64,000 nt of DNA from Nitrosomonas sp. (GTDB lineage Bacteria > Pseudomonadota > Gammaproteobacteria > Burkholderiales > Nitrosomonadaceae). The position numbers were made by a program, and so were the translations under genes. A model generated the notes under the pieces. It did not search any database, was not told the DNA's origin, and was given only the letters and a program-made list of their open reading frames with translations. The stretch is taken from assembly GCA_044507105.1 (NCBI GenBank), contig JBIQJX010000005.1:640-64639 (forward strand). Reading direction: 5' to 3'. Below are positions 48,632 through 59,845 of this stretch, in pieces. How positions within the stretch are numbered: the first letter of the stretch is position 1; the number at the start of each line of letters is the position of its first letter.

Positions 48632-50035
48632 ATGAAGAAAAATTATTTTGGTACTGATGGTATCCGGGGAAAAGTAGGCGATTTTCCTGTTACTCCGGAT
48701 TTTTTTCTGCGTCTGGGTTATGCTGCCGGTAAAGTGTTACTGGCATTCGACTGGCAACTGGCGCCCGACAAGCGCCCTACTGTGCTGATAGGGAAAGATA
48801 CCCGGATATCCGGATATATGCTGGGATCTGCTCTGGAAGCGGGTTTTTCAGCAGCGGGAGTAGACGTGTTGCTGTCAGGGCCTCTTCCCACTCCTGCAGT
48901 GGCTTATCTGGTTCGTGCTTTACGTATCCAGGCCGGTGCAGTTATTTCCGCCTCCCATAACCCATTTGATGATAACGGTGTCAAATTTTTTTCTTCCAGC
49001 GGTTCCAAGCTGCCTGACAGTATGGAGCTTCAGATTGAAGCTGAACTGGAGAGGCCGATGGAGACAGCCCCTTCTGACAGATTAGGTAAAGTTCAGCGAC
49101 TCACGGATGCTGCTGGCAGATATATTGAATTCTGTAAGAGCACTTTTCCCAACCAGCTGGATCTACGGGGTCTGCGAATCGTGGTTGATTGTGCCCATGG
49201 TGCAACTTATCACATAGCCGGTCATGTTTTGCATGAACTGGGTGCAGACGTAGTGACTGTTTTTGCCAATCCTGACGGCCTTAACATCAATTATGAATGC
49301 GGCGCTACACATATTATGGCGCTGCAGGATGCAGTCCTGCATCATCAGGCGGATCTGGGTATCGCTCTGGATGGCGATGGAGATCGCGTGCTGATGGTTA
49401 GTGGTGAAGGAGTGGTATACGATGGTGACAGCATGATTTATATTATCGCCCGGCATCGGCAGCAATCGGGTACGCTGCGAGGCGGAATAGCCGGCACATT
49501 GATGACCAACCTTGCCGTTGAACAGGCTTTTGAGCGATGCGATATTCCATTCTCCCGCGCAAACGTTGGAGATCGTTACGTTTCTGAGTTATTACAACAA
49601 AACAACTGGTATCTGGGTGGCGAAAATTCGGGGCATATTATTTGCCGTGACAAGCACACAACAGGTGACGGTATTATTTCTGCCCTCCAAGTATTATACG
49701 CACTGCGGGATACAGGTATGACCCTTGCTGACTTCATGCGAGACGTTACCTTCTTTCCTCAGCGTCTGATTAATGTAAGGGTGCCCAAACATTTCGATTT
49801 CCAGAATGATCAGGTGATTCAGGCGTGCAAAGATGAAGCTGAACAGGTACTGGGAAATGATGGACGTATCCTACTGCGCGCCTCCGGTACCGAACCACTG
49901 ATCAGAGTCATGGTAGAAGGGAAAATACCCCGGCAGATTGAATACTGGGCCGAGAAAATTGCTGATACGATTCGGCAGCAGGCTGTCGTTCCAGTTGTTG
50001 AGCCCAGTAATGGTCATCCCATACCTGTAACATAG
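48632..50035 (+). CDS. glmM: Phosphoglucosamine mutase
   Basis: [28 protein letters not shown]. Confidence 0.98.
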   Translation: MKKNYFGTDGIRGKVGDFPVTPDFFLRLGYAAGKVLLAFDWQLAPDKRPTVLIGKDTRISGYMLGSALEAGFSAAGVDVLLSGPLPTPAVAYLVRALRIQAGAVISASHNPFDDNGVKFFSSSGSKLPDSMELQIEAELERPMETAPSDRLGKVQRLTDAAGRYIEFCKSTFPNQLDLRGLRIVVDCAHGATYHIAGHVLHELGADVVTVFANPDGLNINYECGATHIMALQDAVLHHQADLGIALDGDGDRVLMVSGEGVVYDGDSMIYIIARHRQQSGTLRGGIAGTLMTNLAVEQAFERCDIPFSRANVGDRYVSELLQQNNWYLGGENSGHIICRDKHTTGDGIISALQVLYALRDTGMTLADFMRDVTFFPQRLINVRVPKHFDFQNDQVIQACKDEAEQVLGNDGRILLRASGTEPLIRVMVEGKIPRQIEYWAEKIADTIRQQAVVPVVEPSNGHPIPVT

Positions 50036-50118
50036 TGCGGTTACGCTTATTACCCGACGGCGCCTGGAGAATAGAGGACGCAGTTTTTTTCACATTTTTA
50101 AGAAGCAGGATGACCATC

Positions 50119-51141
50119 ATGCAACAGTCACCATTGAGATTCAATAAGAAAACCAGTTTTCTGTTCGCGATCCTCGGCTTCATGCTTGCCATTGGGGTCA
50201 GCAGTTATATTCATGCCAGACCTATTGTCAAAATAGACGGGTCGAGTACGGTTTTTCCTATTACAGAAGCAGCTGCGGAAGATTTCCAGATCGCCAAAAA
50301 GGGTGCGATTATGGTGACAGCGGGTATTTCGGGAACAGGTGGCGGGTTCAAGAAATTTTGCCGGAATGAAATTGATATTGTGAATGCCTCCCGTCCTATC
50401 CTGCCCTCGGAAATGAAACAATGCCAGGAGCATGGTGTGGAGTATATCGAAATGCCAATTGCCTTTGATGCATTGACAGTAGTGGTTAACCCCAGAAATA
50501 ACTGGGTCCAATCTATAACGATTGCTGAATTGAAAAAAATCTGGAAGCCTGAAGCGCAAGGGAAAATACTTAACTGGAACCAGATCAACCCTGCCTGGCC
50601 CAATGCCAGAATCAAGCTCTTTGGGGCGGGAGCAGATTCAGGTACATTTGATTATTTTACCGAAGCGGTGGTGGGTAAAGCAAAATCCAGTCGTGGAGAT
50701 TTTACCGCTTCCGAAGATGATAATGTGCTGGTACAGGGAGTAGCTAGCGACTTGCATGCGCTGGGATTCTTCGGCTTTGCTTATTATATCGAGAACCAGC
50801 ACAAGCTAAAAGCCGTTGCTATCGATAATGGTAATGGTGGTGTTCTCCCTTCCATGACTACAGTGCAAAACGGAAGTTATGAGCCATTGTCCCGGCCCAT
50901 CTTCATTTATATCAATGCCAAATCAGCAGATAAACCGGAAGTCCGGGAATTTGTGACTTTTTATATGCAGCACGCATTGCAACTGGTTGAGGAAGTGAAA
51001 TATTTTCCCCTAAGAAAAGAATTTTATAACCTCAATATCCAACATCTTCACGATAAAACCCTGGGTACGGTATTTGGTGGTGAAGCTGGTATGGGTATAG
51101 CAATAGATGAACTGTACAAACGCGAAAGGCTGATCCGATAA
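50119..51141 (+). CDS. pstS: Phosphate-binding protein PstS (ORF open from 50035; ATG 50110 or 50119 likelier)
   Basis: IDGSSTVFPI, SGTGGGFKKFC, DSGTFDYF, YEPLSRP. Confidence 0.93.
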   Translation: MQQSPLRFNKKTSFLFAILGFMLAIGVSSYIHARPIVKIDGSSTVFPITEAAAEDFQIAKKGAIMVTAGISGTGGGFKKFCRNEIDIVNASRPILPSEMKQCQEHGVEYIEMPIAFDALTVVVNPRNNWVQSITIAELKKIWKPEAQGKILNWNQINPAWPNARIKLFGAGADSGTFDYFTEAVVGKAKSSRGDFTASEDDNVLVQGVASDLHALGFFGFAYYIENQHKLKAVAIDNGNGGVLPSMTTVQNGSYEPLSRPIFIYINAKSADKPEVREFVTFYMQHALQLVEEVKYFPLRKEFYNLNIQHLHDKTLGTVFGGEAGMGIAIDELYKRERLIR

Positions 51142-51361
51142 ATTATCGTGGGGTTTAAAGCGTAAGACTTGAGAAATATGCCCAGGGTAATAAATCAACA
51201 TAAGAAATATCGTAGCAGATTGTTTTAGCCTCTGCATGTAACTTGTCCCCTACAAAGAAACAAAGAAGGACGAGCAACAGGTTGTCCATTCACAGTGGCC
51301 TATAAAGAAGAACAATAGCCTGGCTCTTCAGAAACCAAACGATATAAGCAGCAGATTATAT

Positions 51362-51398
51362 ATAACCTGTACAGGTTATCTGATCCAAGTTGTATAAT
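51362..51398 (+). promoter_or_regulatory. Palindromic operator and TATAAT -10 upstream of cysG
   Basis: Perfect 18-bp ATAACCTGTACAGGTTAT (51362-51379); TATAAT at 51393-51398. Confidence 0.45.
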
Positions 51399-51487
51399 CC
51401 CTGTATAGTTTCTTATAGTATCGGTCGTTCTTGTACAAGTAACCTGGCCGGTTTTCTGCTGGTTCTCTTTTAGGGTCCAATTGCTCG

Positions 51488-52915
51488 ATGGACTACTTGC
51501 CTGTTTTTCTGGATATCAAACAACGTAATTGCCTGATTATTGGCGGGGGCAGTGTTGCTGCGCGCAAAGCCGCATTATTGCTTAAGGCAGGTGCATGTAT
51601 CCGTATTGTATCTCCCGCGATTAGCAGCGAGCTGAATAGTTTGCTGCAATCTACCGCAGTTACTCATGTCGCTGAAAATTTTCATCCTGATCATTTGCAC
51701 GATATAGTGTTGGTAATTGCCGCTACCAGTGACTCGGTAACCAACCAGGCAGTTTCTGCGGCTGCTATGCGAGCGAATATTCCGGTGAATGTTGTAGATA
51801 ATCCGGATTTATGTACCTTCATCATGCCTTCCATTCTGGACCGCTCTCCAGTCATTGTTGCAGTTTCCAGTGGGGGTACTTCGCCGGTACTGGCCAGAAT
51901 ACTGCGAGCACGTCTGCAGGTATTAATACCTGCAGCTTATGGCCGACTGGCTGATTATGCTGCCCGATTCCGGGAACGGGTCAAGCAGCATTTTTCCCAT
52001 TCAGAAAATCGTCGTCTGTTCTGGGAAAAAATGCTGCAAGGACCGTTTGCAGAGATGGTTTTTGCAGGTAAAGACCGGGCAGCGCAACGCTACCTGCTCG
52101 ATACCCTGGAAAACAGTGCTGATCAATTGCCCGTTGGAGAAGTTTATCTGGTGGGAGCGGGCCCGGGAGATCCTGATCTGCTGACTTTTCGCGCGATGCG
52201 CCTGATGCAGCAGGCCGATGTAGTCGTCTATGACCGTCTGGTGTCACCCGCCATTCTGGATATGGTTAGACGAGATGCAACCCGTATCTATGCCGGTAAG
52301 GCGCGTAATCAGCATACCATGCCGCAGACTTCGATTAATGATCTGCTGGTAAAGCTGGCGCAAGAGGGCAAACGTGTCCTGCGTTTGAAAGGAGGTGATC
52401 CGTTCATTTTCGGGCGAGGAGGTGAAGAAATCGAAACACTTTCCCAGTACCATATTCCTTTCCAGGTGGTTCCCGGCATTACGGCTGCATCAGGAATTGC
52501 TTCCTATGCGGGTATCCCCCTGACACACCGTGATTATGCGCAATCCTGTATGTTTGTAACAGGCCATCTCAAAAACAACAGTATTCAACTTGACTGGCCG
52601 GCTCTGGCACGTCCGAACCAGACGATTGTGGTCTATATGGGGTTGCTGGGGCTTACGGAATTGTGTCGGCAGCTGATTGCCCATGGTTTACCTGCTATCA
52701 CGCCGGCAGCTATCATTCAGCAAGGCACGACACCCAATCAGCGTATTCTGACCGGTACTCTCGAAACCCTGCCGGCAGATGTCCTCGCTGATCCTCCCAA
52801 GCCTCCCACGTTGATTATTGTAGGAGAAGTAGTCAAATTGCATCAGAAGCTTGCCTGGTTTGATCCGGTTTCTGAGAGCAAGGCGCGGGAAACAGTTACC
52901 AATCCGGTAAATTGA
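51488..52915 (+). CDS. cysG: Siroheme synthase
   Basis: YLPVFL, GGGSVAARK, VNVVDNP, GAGPGDPDLLT, KGGDPFIFGRGGEE. Confidence 0.97.
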   Translation: MDYLPVFLDIKQRNCLIIGGGSVAARKAALLLKAGACIRIVSPAISSELNSLLQSTAVTHVAENFHPDHLHDIVLVIAATSDSVTNQAVSAAAMRANIPVNVVDNPDLCTFIMPSILDRSPVIVAVSSGGTSPVLARILRARLQVLIPAAYGRLADYAARFRERVKQHFSHSENRRLFWEKMLQGPFAEMVFAGKDRAAQRYLLDTLENSADQLPVGEVYLVGAGPGDPDLLTFRAMRLMQQADVVVYDRLVSPAILDMVRRDATRIYAGKARNQHTMPQTSINDLLVKLAQEGKRVLRLKGGDPFIFGRGGEEIETLSQYHIPFQVVPGITAASGIASYAGIPLTHRDYAQSCMFVTGHLKNNSIQLDWPALARPNQTIVVYMGLLGLTELCRQLIAHGLPAITPAAIIQQGTTPNQRILTGTLETLPADVLADPPKPPTLIIVGEVVKLHQKLAWFDPVSESKARETVTNPVN

Positions 52916-53163
52916 CCTTTAACCATTAGCAGTATCCATTCCGGAATGTTAGAATATCGGTTTGTCATGTATTGTAGGCTCGTGCTCAGACATCCCATAC
53001 TACCCTGCACCTTTGCAGAGGGATTCAGTTGCTGAGTGTAATGAAGTATAGGATTCTGTCTGATCGAAGAAATCACACAAGCATGATGTGAGTTGTATTA
53101 TTATTCTGGCTTGAATTTCTGCGTAGCTGGCGCTCGAAGGCCTGCCTTATAAACCCAATCTCC

Positions 53164-53970
53164 TCATTGTTTACGTTTGTCGCGTTCGATCAATGCATAG
53201 GCAGAATGGTTGTGTATGGATTCAAAATTTTCTGATTCAACGATATAGGCATCAATCCGGGCATCACGATTCAATATCTCAGCCACATCACGCACCAGAT
53301 CTTCGACAAATTTTGGATTGTCGTAGGCTTTTTCCGTAACATATTTTTCGTCAGGCCGCTTCAGCAGACCGTACAGTTCACATGAGGCTTGTTCTTCAGC
53401 AATTCTGATAATATCTTCAATCCAGACGAAACTGTTGGTACGTACAGCAATCGTTACATGGGAGCGCTGGTTGTGCGCACCATAGTCAGAAATTTTTTTG
53501 GAACAGGGGCATAAGCTGGTAACGGGAACGATTACTTTCATAGTGAATTCATACTGATCACCCTGTTTGATCTCACCGATAAAAGTCACTTCATAATCTA
53601 ATAGACTTTTTACTCCCGAAATAGGAGCTGATTTATTGACGAAATAAGGGAAAGTCATCTCGATATGCCCCGAATCCGATTCCAGTTTTTTAACCATAGA
53701 ACGCAGAATGTCTTCAAACGACTCCACCGAAATCTCACGTTCGTGGCTATTCAGTATTTCCACAAAACGGGACATATGGGTTCCCTTGAAATTATGCGGC
53801 AGATTGACGTACATATTGAATTGCGCCACGGTATATTGGATACCATCATCTTTATCGGCGACCCGTACCGGATGACGGATCGCTTTGATTCCTACCCGAT
53901 CAATAGCGATGCGCCTCGTGTCCAGCGAGCTTTGTACATCCGCAATGGGTAAATCTGTCTGTTTATTCAT
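53164..53970 (-). CDS. folE2: GTP cyclohydrolase IB (track start 54132 is probably too long)
   Basis: [39 protein letters not shown] before ATG 53970. Confidence 0.96.
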   Translation of the reverse strand: MNKQTDLPIADVQSSLDTRRIAIDRVGIKAIRHPVRVADKDDGIQYTVAQFNMYVNLPHNFKGTHMSRFVEILNSHEREISVESFEDILRSMVKKLESDSGHIEMTFPYFVNKSAPISGVKSLLDYEVTFIGEIKQGDQYEFTMKVIVPVTSLCPCSKKISDYGAHNQRSHVTIAVRTNSFVWIEDIIRIAEEQASCELYGLLKRPDEKYVTEKAYDNPKFVEDLVRDVAEILNRDARIDAYIVESENFESIHNHSAYALIERDKRKQ

Positions 53971-54271
53971 AAAAACTCCTTCTTGTGAAGTGAATAGCTC
54001 CCGGATTAATAACTCCGGCTGCAGTATCCATACCATACCCCCATATTGCCAGTCTGAGAAGCCGTAAGATGTAATGCCTGATTCAGGAGAAGGACCGCTA
54101 TACTTATGGCAGGGATATATAGAAAACCCCAAATATTCATCAGAATCAGTTTGTTATCTGTTCTTCTGATCGTTTCCAAATTGCCCGACTTCGGGATACA
54201 GTAAGCTTCTTCACAGTAAACTAAAGCTACACCGCTCAGCTGGCTTGTTGGCAACTATGCAGAACATGGTA

Positions 54272-56116
54272 CTATGAAGCGAGTTTTTCTCGTACCGATT
54301 TGATAATACCCGTTTTATCCAGTCCGCAATCAGCCAGCATCTGAACAGGATCTCCCTGGTCAAGAAAAGCGTCTGGCAGACCAAGCTGCAGTAAGCGGAC
54401 GTTTTTCCCGAGTCTAATAAGATATTCCAATACTGCGCTGCCGGCTCCGCCCATGATAGTATTTTCCTCAATGGTGACCAGTAATTCATGTTCTGCAGCC
54501 AGCGTTGCGATCAGATCCTGGTCAAGAGGTTTCACAAAACGCATATTCACGACAGTAGCGTCCAGTTCTTCTGCTGCTTCGAGACAAGGTGCAAGCATGC
54601 TGCCGAATGCCAGCAGGGCGATTTGTGTGCCACGGCGCCGGATTTCACCCCGGCCTACCGGGATGCTCTGCATTTCCCGCTCAATTTCCACGCCCGGTCC
54701 GGTGCCTCGCGGATAGCGGACTGCTGTAGGAGTATTCAGCTGAAAAGCAGTGTAGAGCATCTGCCGACATTCATTTTCATCGGCGGGTACCATGACCGTG
54801 ATATTAGGTATACAGCGTAGATAAGTCAGATCGAAGCTCCCCGCATGAGTCGGTCCATCCGCCCCAACAAGTCCTGCACGATCGATGGCAAAAACCACCG
54901 GCAGATTCTGGATCGCAACGTCATGGACTAACTGATCGTAAGCACGCTGCAAAAAAGTTGAATAGATTGCCACAACCGGCTTCAGCCCTTCGCATGAGGC
55001 ACCGGCAGCAAACGTTACCGCATGCTGTTCCGCAATCCCTACGTCGAAATAGCGATCCGGATATTCTTTCGAGAAGCGAATGAGTCCAGACCCTTCTCGC
55101 ATGGCGGGAGTAATACCGATCAGACGGGGATCTTTGGCAGCCATGTCACACAGCCAGTCACCAAAAATTTGTGTGTAGGCGGGTTTGGTGGCGGGCTTCG
55201 GGATAATTCCCTGATCCGGTTTAAATTTTCCGACACCATGGTACAGAATCGGATCTTCTTCTGCCGGTTTGTAACCTTTGCCTTTGCGTGTCACAACATG
55301 TAGAAATTGTGGTCCTTCCAGCTGCTTGATATTGTTCAGTGTAGTCAGCAATACATCCAAGTCGTGTCCATCAATTGGACCAATATAATTGAAACCGAAT
55401 TCTTCAAACAGCGTACCGGGCGTTACCATGCCTTTGACATGTTCTTCCGCACGTTTGGCCAGCTCCAGTACCGGAGGCACGACACCCAGCATTTTCTCTC
55501 CCGCTCGCCTTGCAGTAGCATAAAAACGGCCGGACATCAGTCTGGCGAGATAGTTGTTGAGGGCGCCCACCGGCGGTGAAATGGACATATCGTTATCGTT
55601 CAGGATGACCAGCAGATCAGCATCCATCACGCCGGCATTATTCAGAGCTTCAAAAGCCATACCTGCGCTCATAGCACCATCACCAATCACAGCAATTGCA
55701 CGTCGCTTGATTCCGCTGATTCGTGCGGCCACTGCCATGCCCAGCGCGGCGCTTATGGAAGTACTGGAATGCGCTGTACCGAAAGCATCGTATTCGCTTT
55801 CATCCCGTCTGGGGAAGCCTGCGATCCCGTCCTGCATGCGCAGGCGCGCCATCCCTGCACGCCGGCCGGTCAGTATTTTATGCGTATAGGTTTGATGACC
55901 CACATCCCATATCAATCGATCCCGGGGGGTATTGAATACATAATGAAGCGCGATAGTCAGTTCGACCGTTCCAAGATTGGAAGATAAGTGCCCGCCAGTA
56001 TCGGCCACGGACTCGATCAGAAATTTCCGCAGTTCAGTAGCTAACTGCGGCAGTTGACTGCGTTTCAACGTGCGTAACTGTGCGGGTATCTCGATGCGAT
56101 CAAGTAATGGATACAT
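54272..56116 (-). CDS. dxs: 1-deoxy-D-xylulose-5-phosphate synthase
   Basis: [37 protein letters not shown]. Confidence 0.99.
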   Translation of the reverse strand: MYPLLDRIEIPAQLRTLKRSQLPQLATELRKFLIESVADTGGHLSSNLGTVELTIALHYVFNTPRDRLIWDVGHQTYTHKILTGRRAGMARLRMQDGIAGFPRRDESEYDAFGTAHSSTSISAALGMAVAARISGIKRRAIAVIGDGAMSAGMAFEALNNAGVMDADLLVILNDNDMSISPPVGALNNYLARLMSGRFYATARRAGEKMLGVVPPVLELAKRAEEHVKGMVTPGTLFEEFGFNYIGPIDGHDLDVLLTTLNNIKQLEGPQFLHVVTRKGKGYKPAEEDPILYHGVGKFKPDQGIIPKPATKPAYTQIFGDWLCDMAAKDPRLIGITPAMREGSGLIRFSKEYPDRYFDVGIAEQHAVTFAAGASCEGLKPVVAIYSTFLQRAYDQLVHDVAIQNLPVVFAIDRAGLVGADGPTHAGSFDLTYLRCIPNITVMVPADENECRQMLYTAFQLNTPTAVRYPRGTGPGVEIEREMQSIPVGRGEIRRRGTQIALLAFGSMLAPCLEAAEELDATVVNMRFVKPLDQDLIATLAAEHELLVTIEENTIMGGAGSAVLEYLIRLGKNVRLLQLGLPDAFLDQGDPVQMLADCGLDKTGIIKSVREKLAS

Positions 56117-56174
56117 GCAGATTCAGAAAAATTTGTAGCTGAGAATGGATAATGTAAAGATCGGCAGCGGAAGA

Positions 56175-57071
56175 TCAAAACTCACGCTGTATGATGAAAT
56201 CAGTAACCTGTTGCAAACGCAGGGCTTCGGCTCCAAACTGATCCAGTACATCGCAGGCATCTTGCCGAAGCTGATGTGCGAGCTCGCGCGCCTGCCTGAT
56301 ACCCAGAATACTAACATAGGTCGGCTTGTTGTTCTCTGCATCCTTTCCGGCAGTTTTGCCGAGCGCAGCAGTCGTGGCTTCTGTGTCCAATATGTCGTCT
56401 ATAACCTGGAACGCCAGGCCGATACATTTGGCAAAATGATCCAGTGATTTGAGTTGTGCGGAGTCCAGTTTTGTGCCGCAATGAGCGCCCAGTATCACTG
56501 CAGCGCGGATCAGCGCACCAGTTTTGTGGATATGCATGAATTCAAGTTCCGGCAGACTCAGTGTTTTCCCCACGCTGTCCAGATCGATGGCCTGGCCACC
56601 CGCCATGCCGCGTGACCCTGCCGCAAATGCAAGATGCCTGATCATTTCCAGTTGTTTGTGCGGATCTTCCACCAGGGTAAATTCTGCCAGCAGCTGGAAA
56701 GCCAGACTCTGCAGGCTGTCACCTACCAGCAAAGCGGTCGGCTCATCATATCTGACATGGCAAGTCGGTTTGCCGCGCCGGAGCACGTCATCATCCATGC
56801 AGGGCAGATCATCATGTACCAGGGAATAAGTATGGATCAGTTCTACTGCCGCGCTGGCAATGACGACACGGGTCTCATCCGCTCCACTTAATTCTCCCGC
56901 TGCAAAGGATAACAGCGGTCGTATCCGTTTTCCTCCGCCCAATACTGCATAACGCATTGCATCATGCAAACGTGTCGGAGCGCAATTGACAGCGGGAAGA
57001 TGTTCTTCCAGCCAGGTTTCAATAAAGGTGAGGCGTTCTGTTGCCCATGTCTGGAAATCAGCGCTCATCAC
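56175..57071 (-). CDS. ispA: Farnesyl diphosphate synthase
   Basis: GGKRIRP, HDDLPCMDDD..RRG, FQVIDDILD. Confidence 0.96.
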   Translation of the reverse strand: MMSADFQTWATERLTFIETWLEEHLPAVNCAPTRLHDAMRYAVLGGGKRIRPLLSFAAGELSGADETRVVIASAAVELIHTYSLVHDDLPCMDDDVLRRGKPTCHVRYDEPTALLVGDSLQSLAFQLLAEFTLVEDPHKQLEMIRHLAFAAGSRGMAGGQAIDLDSVGKTLSLPELEFMHIHKTGALIRAAVILGAHCGTKLDSAQLKSLDHFAKCIGLAFQVIDDILDTEATTAALGKTAGKDAENNKPTYVSILGIRQARELAHQLRQDACDVLDQFGAEALRLQQVTDFIIQREF

Positions 57072-57327
57072 GCCCGATAGTAGAGAAATTTTTCAGCATA
57101 TCCGCCTCGAGTATTTTTATCTGTTGCTGTGAATCTTTCAACATGGCCTGACAATATTGTAGCAATTCCACTCCTCGTTTGTACGAGGAAAGCGCATCTT
57201 CCAGAGACATTTGTCCTGTTTCCATAGCGGATACGATATGTTCCAGTTCTGCCAAAGCAGTTTCGAAATTTTCCGAAGGTAAAATTACTGTTGTCGTTTC
57301 GTCCTTTTCGATAGGCTTTTTTTTCAT
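57058..57327 (-). CDS. xseB: Exodeoxyribonuclease VII small subunit
   Basis: FETALAELEHIV..ME...LEDAL..Y.RG; xseB-ispA-dxs order. Confidence 0.95.
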   Translation of the reverse strand: MKKKPIEKDETTTVILPSENFETALAELEHIVSAMETGQMSLEDALSSYKRGVELLQYCQAMLKDSQQQIKILEADMLKNFSTIGRDER

Positions 57328-57348
57328 GCTGATGAGATCACCTGAAAA

Positions 57349-59082
57349 TCAATAGCGTGTATAGTCCCTGCCACGTGGATCGCTGGCGGTATGCATTTTT
57401 CCTGACTGCCTGTCGAAAAATATCAGTTGCATGTTTCCCCATGGCCTTGCAGCTATTTTGACAGTATGTCCTTTTGCTTCCAGAGCTTCAATCCATTTCG
57501 TGTCGAATGCATGAGGCTCGATCACAATTTCATCAGGTAAATACTGATGATGATAACGGGGGCTGGCAACCAGTTGCTCGGGGTTTGTCTGACCTCGCCC
57601 CGCGAAGTCGATAATTGATAAAAGTAAGGTGCTGATGATACGTGAGCCGCCAGGTGTTCCGGTGATCAAAATGCCTTTTTCATTTTTCAGGAAGGTAGGT
57701 GACATGCTGGACAGAGGCCGTTTTCCGGGAGCAATCGCATTCATTTTTCCGCCACGCAAACCATATGTGTTCGGCACATCAGGGGCAATTACGAAATCGT
57801 CCATTTCATTGTTGAGTAATACCCCTGTTTTTCCTGCAACGAAACCTGAACCGAAAAAAGTATTAATGCTGAGCGTGGCCGCCACTCTGTTTCCCTGGCT
57901 GTCCATAATGGAAAAATGGGTGGTATTCGTACCTTCCTGCAATGGCATACGATATGACGGCGTGAATTGTCCCGGATCAGCCGATAGGATCTCGTGGTTC
58001 ACACCTTCAGCAGGTGTCAGCGTTGCCTGGTCCATATCAATCGTTGCTGCTCTGTGCAGCGCATAGGCTTTACTGATGAGTTTTTTGGTATCAACTGTGA
58101 TGAAATCGCTGTCACCCAGGTATTTCGCACGATCTTCATACGCTCGGCGCATCGCCTCAACAATCAGATGAGAGCGTGCAGCTGTCGTCAGTTCATCGAG
58201 CGGATAGTACTCCAGGATGTTCAGCGCCTGCGCAAGAGTGGCCCCGCCAGCTGAAGGCAGACTGGTAGTCGTAATACGCGTTCCCCGGAATGTGAAAGAA
58301 ACAGGCTGGCGTTCCACTATCCGATAATCGGCCAGATCTTCGAGAGTCCAAATACCTCCACCCTGTCTGACAGCGCGTACCATTTCTGCAGCAACGGCAC
58401 CGCGATAAAAACCATCTTTACCATATTTGGCAATTTGTGACAGTGTTTTGGCCAGCATTGGCTGATGAAATGGTTTGCCGGGGAAAGGGACCCGCCCTTC
58501 AGGCAGAAATATACGGGAGCTGCTGGATTCGGTCGTCAGTTTGGAACGATGATGAGTTATTGCTCGAATTAGACGCTCATTGGCGATGAAACCATTATGC
58601 GCAAGCCGGATTGCCGGCGCAAGATTTTTTGCCAGAGAAAACCGCCCATATTTATCCGTAATATGCACCAGTGCAGCAGGAGTGCCAGGGATGGCGGCTG
58701 CTCTGGCTCCCTGTAAGGATGCCAGACGGTCCGGGTGGCCTGTTGAGTCCAGATACATAGCAGCATATGCGGCGCGGGGGGCAGTCTCCCGGCCATCTAT
58801 CATGACTTCCAGTTGATCACTGGCACGATGCAGCAGCCAGAATCCTCCTCCCCCCAAGCCGGAGGCATAAGGTTCAACCACAGCCAGCGCGGCCCCAACA
58901 GCTACTGCTGCATCGAAAGCGTTACCACCCTGCCGGAGAATGTGCTCTCCTGCCTCAGTAGCCAGTGGATGGGCCGTTACTACAGCAAAGGCCGCAAAGC
59001 CTTGGCCTGTGTTGAAAAGGAAGGCAACAGCCAGCAGAAGGCGGCGATCAAAATAATTAAATAGCCGAATAAATGCCTGCAT
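57349..59082 (-). CDS. ggt: Gamma-glutamyltransferase (likely start 59082; track start 59199 overlaps the tRNA promoter)
   Basis: GGNAFDAAVA, SGLGGGGF, TTHFS nucleophile, LNNEMDDF, RPLSSMSP, SDPR. Confidence 0.94.
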   Translation of the reverse strand: MQAFIRLFNYFDRRLLLAVAFLFNTGQGFAAFAVVTAHPLATEAGEHILRQGGNAFDAAVAVGAALAVVEPYASGLGGGGFWLLHRASDQLEVMIDGRETAPRAAYAAMYLDSTGHPDRLASLQGARAAAIPGTPAALVHITDKYGRFSLAKNLAPAIRLAHNGFIANERLIRAITHHRSKLTTESSSSRIFLPEGRVPFPGKPFHQPMLAKTLSQIAKYGKDGFYRGAVAAEMVRAVRQGGGIWTLEDLADYRIVERQPVSFTFRGTRITTTSLPSAGGATLAQALNILEYYPLDELTTAARSHLIVEAMRRAYEDRAKYLGDSDFITVDTKKLISKAYALHRAATIDMDQATLTPAEGVNHEILSADPGQFTPSYRMPLQEGTNTTHFSIMDSQGNRVAATLSINTFFGSGFVAGKTGVLLNNEMDDFVIAPDVPNTYGLRGGKMNAIAPGKRPLSSMSPTFLKNEKGILITGTPGGSRIISTLLLSIIDFAGRGQTNPEQLVASPRYHHQYLPDEIVIEPHAFDTKWIEALEAKGHTVKIAARPWGNMQLIFFDRQSGKMHTASDPRGRDYTRY

Positions 59083-59146
59083 TTCCAAAGATCCGTTTAT
59101 TCTATAAGTAGTATTCTTACAACCGTATTGATCACGCAGAGGGAAG

Positions 59147-59175
59147 TTGACCAAATCAACATAAGAGTCTAACAT
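59147..59175 (+). promoter_or_regulatory. Sigma70 promoter of tRNA-Asn
   Basis: TTGACC-17 nt-TAACAT then GC-rich discriminator ACCGCC. Confidence 0.7.
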
Positions 59176-59201
59176 ACCGCCCTGGTATCGATTACCCATA
59201 T

Positions 59202-59277
59202 TCCCCGATAGCTCAGTCGGTAGAGCGACGGACTGTTAATCCGCAGGTCCCAGGTTCGAGCCCTGGTCGGGGAGCCA
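59202..59277 (+). tRNA. tRNA-Asn (GTT)
   Basis: 76-nt cloverleaf: TCCCCGA/TCGGGGA acceptor stem, anticodon loop CTGTTAA, GGTTCGAG T-loop, encoded CCA. Confidence 0.98.
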
Positions 59278-59287
59278 AAAAAATCAG

Positions 59288-59322
59288 GCACTTAATCAGG
59301 ATATGAGAAAGTGCTTTTTTTT
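59288..59322 (+). terminator. Hairpin plus T8 after tRNA-Asn
   Basis: GCACTT...AAGTGC followed by TTTTTTTT. Confidence 0.55.
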
Positions 59323-59845
59323 GTGCGTCGTGCAGGTGCTGTGTAGGAGTGCAGAAATCTCTTCCATGCCTGCGAGGAACACAAACGAATATCAAAAGAA
59401 ATTGCTTCAGAAGAAACCGATAATTTGATTTGTCTCTGGGAAGCTGCCTGCCAGGAAAAGCTCAAAAAGGAAAAGAGTGGGGAAAATAAAACGTGAATTA
59501 CTCCACGACTTAAATTTTACTGAAGAGACGATCGAGTGCACGTGATGAGGCAGTAGTTTTAAGATGACGGTAATAGGTCCGTTGCTTGCTTTCGTTTGTA
59601 TCCTTCCAGAACAGCAAGAGGGAAGCAGTTGGGGAATACACCTTTACTGCTTCCTGATTAGTTTGCCGTTATTGTATCCTGTCTGGGTTGTATGCTAAAT
59701 ATACTACCCGGTCGTGAGTAATTTTCATACCGTCCAGTCCATAAAGATACTCTGCTTTATTGACCGGTATCGTATCAGCATAACACGTTATATGCCGGGT
59801 GTCGGGAAGTGCTCCGGGAATGGACTCGGATCTGTAGGGGTAAAT

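Noticed and set aside
50011..50047. Pho box upstream of pstS
   Set aside because: Only one good half-site (CTGTAAC); the partner is not at 11-bp spacing
53971..54271. N-terminal extension, riboswitch or Zur box for folE2
   Set aside because: A strong RBS supports the 53970 start; no recognisable RNA motif or Zur palindrome
59213..59395. 60-aa minus-strand ORF
   Set aside because: Antisense to tRNA-Asn; artefact
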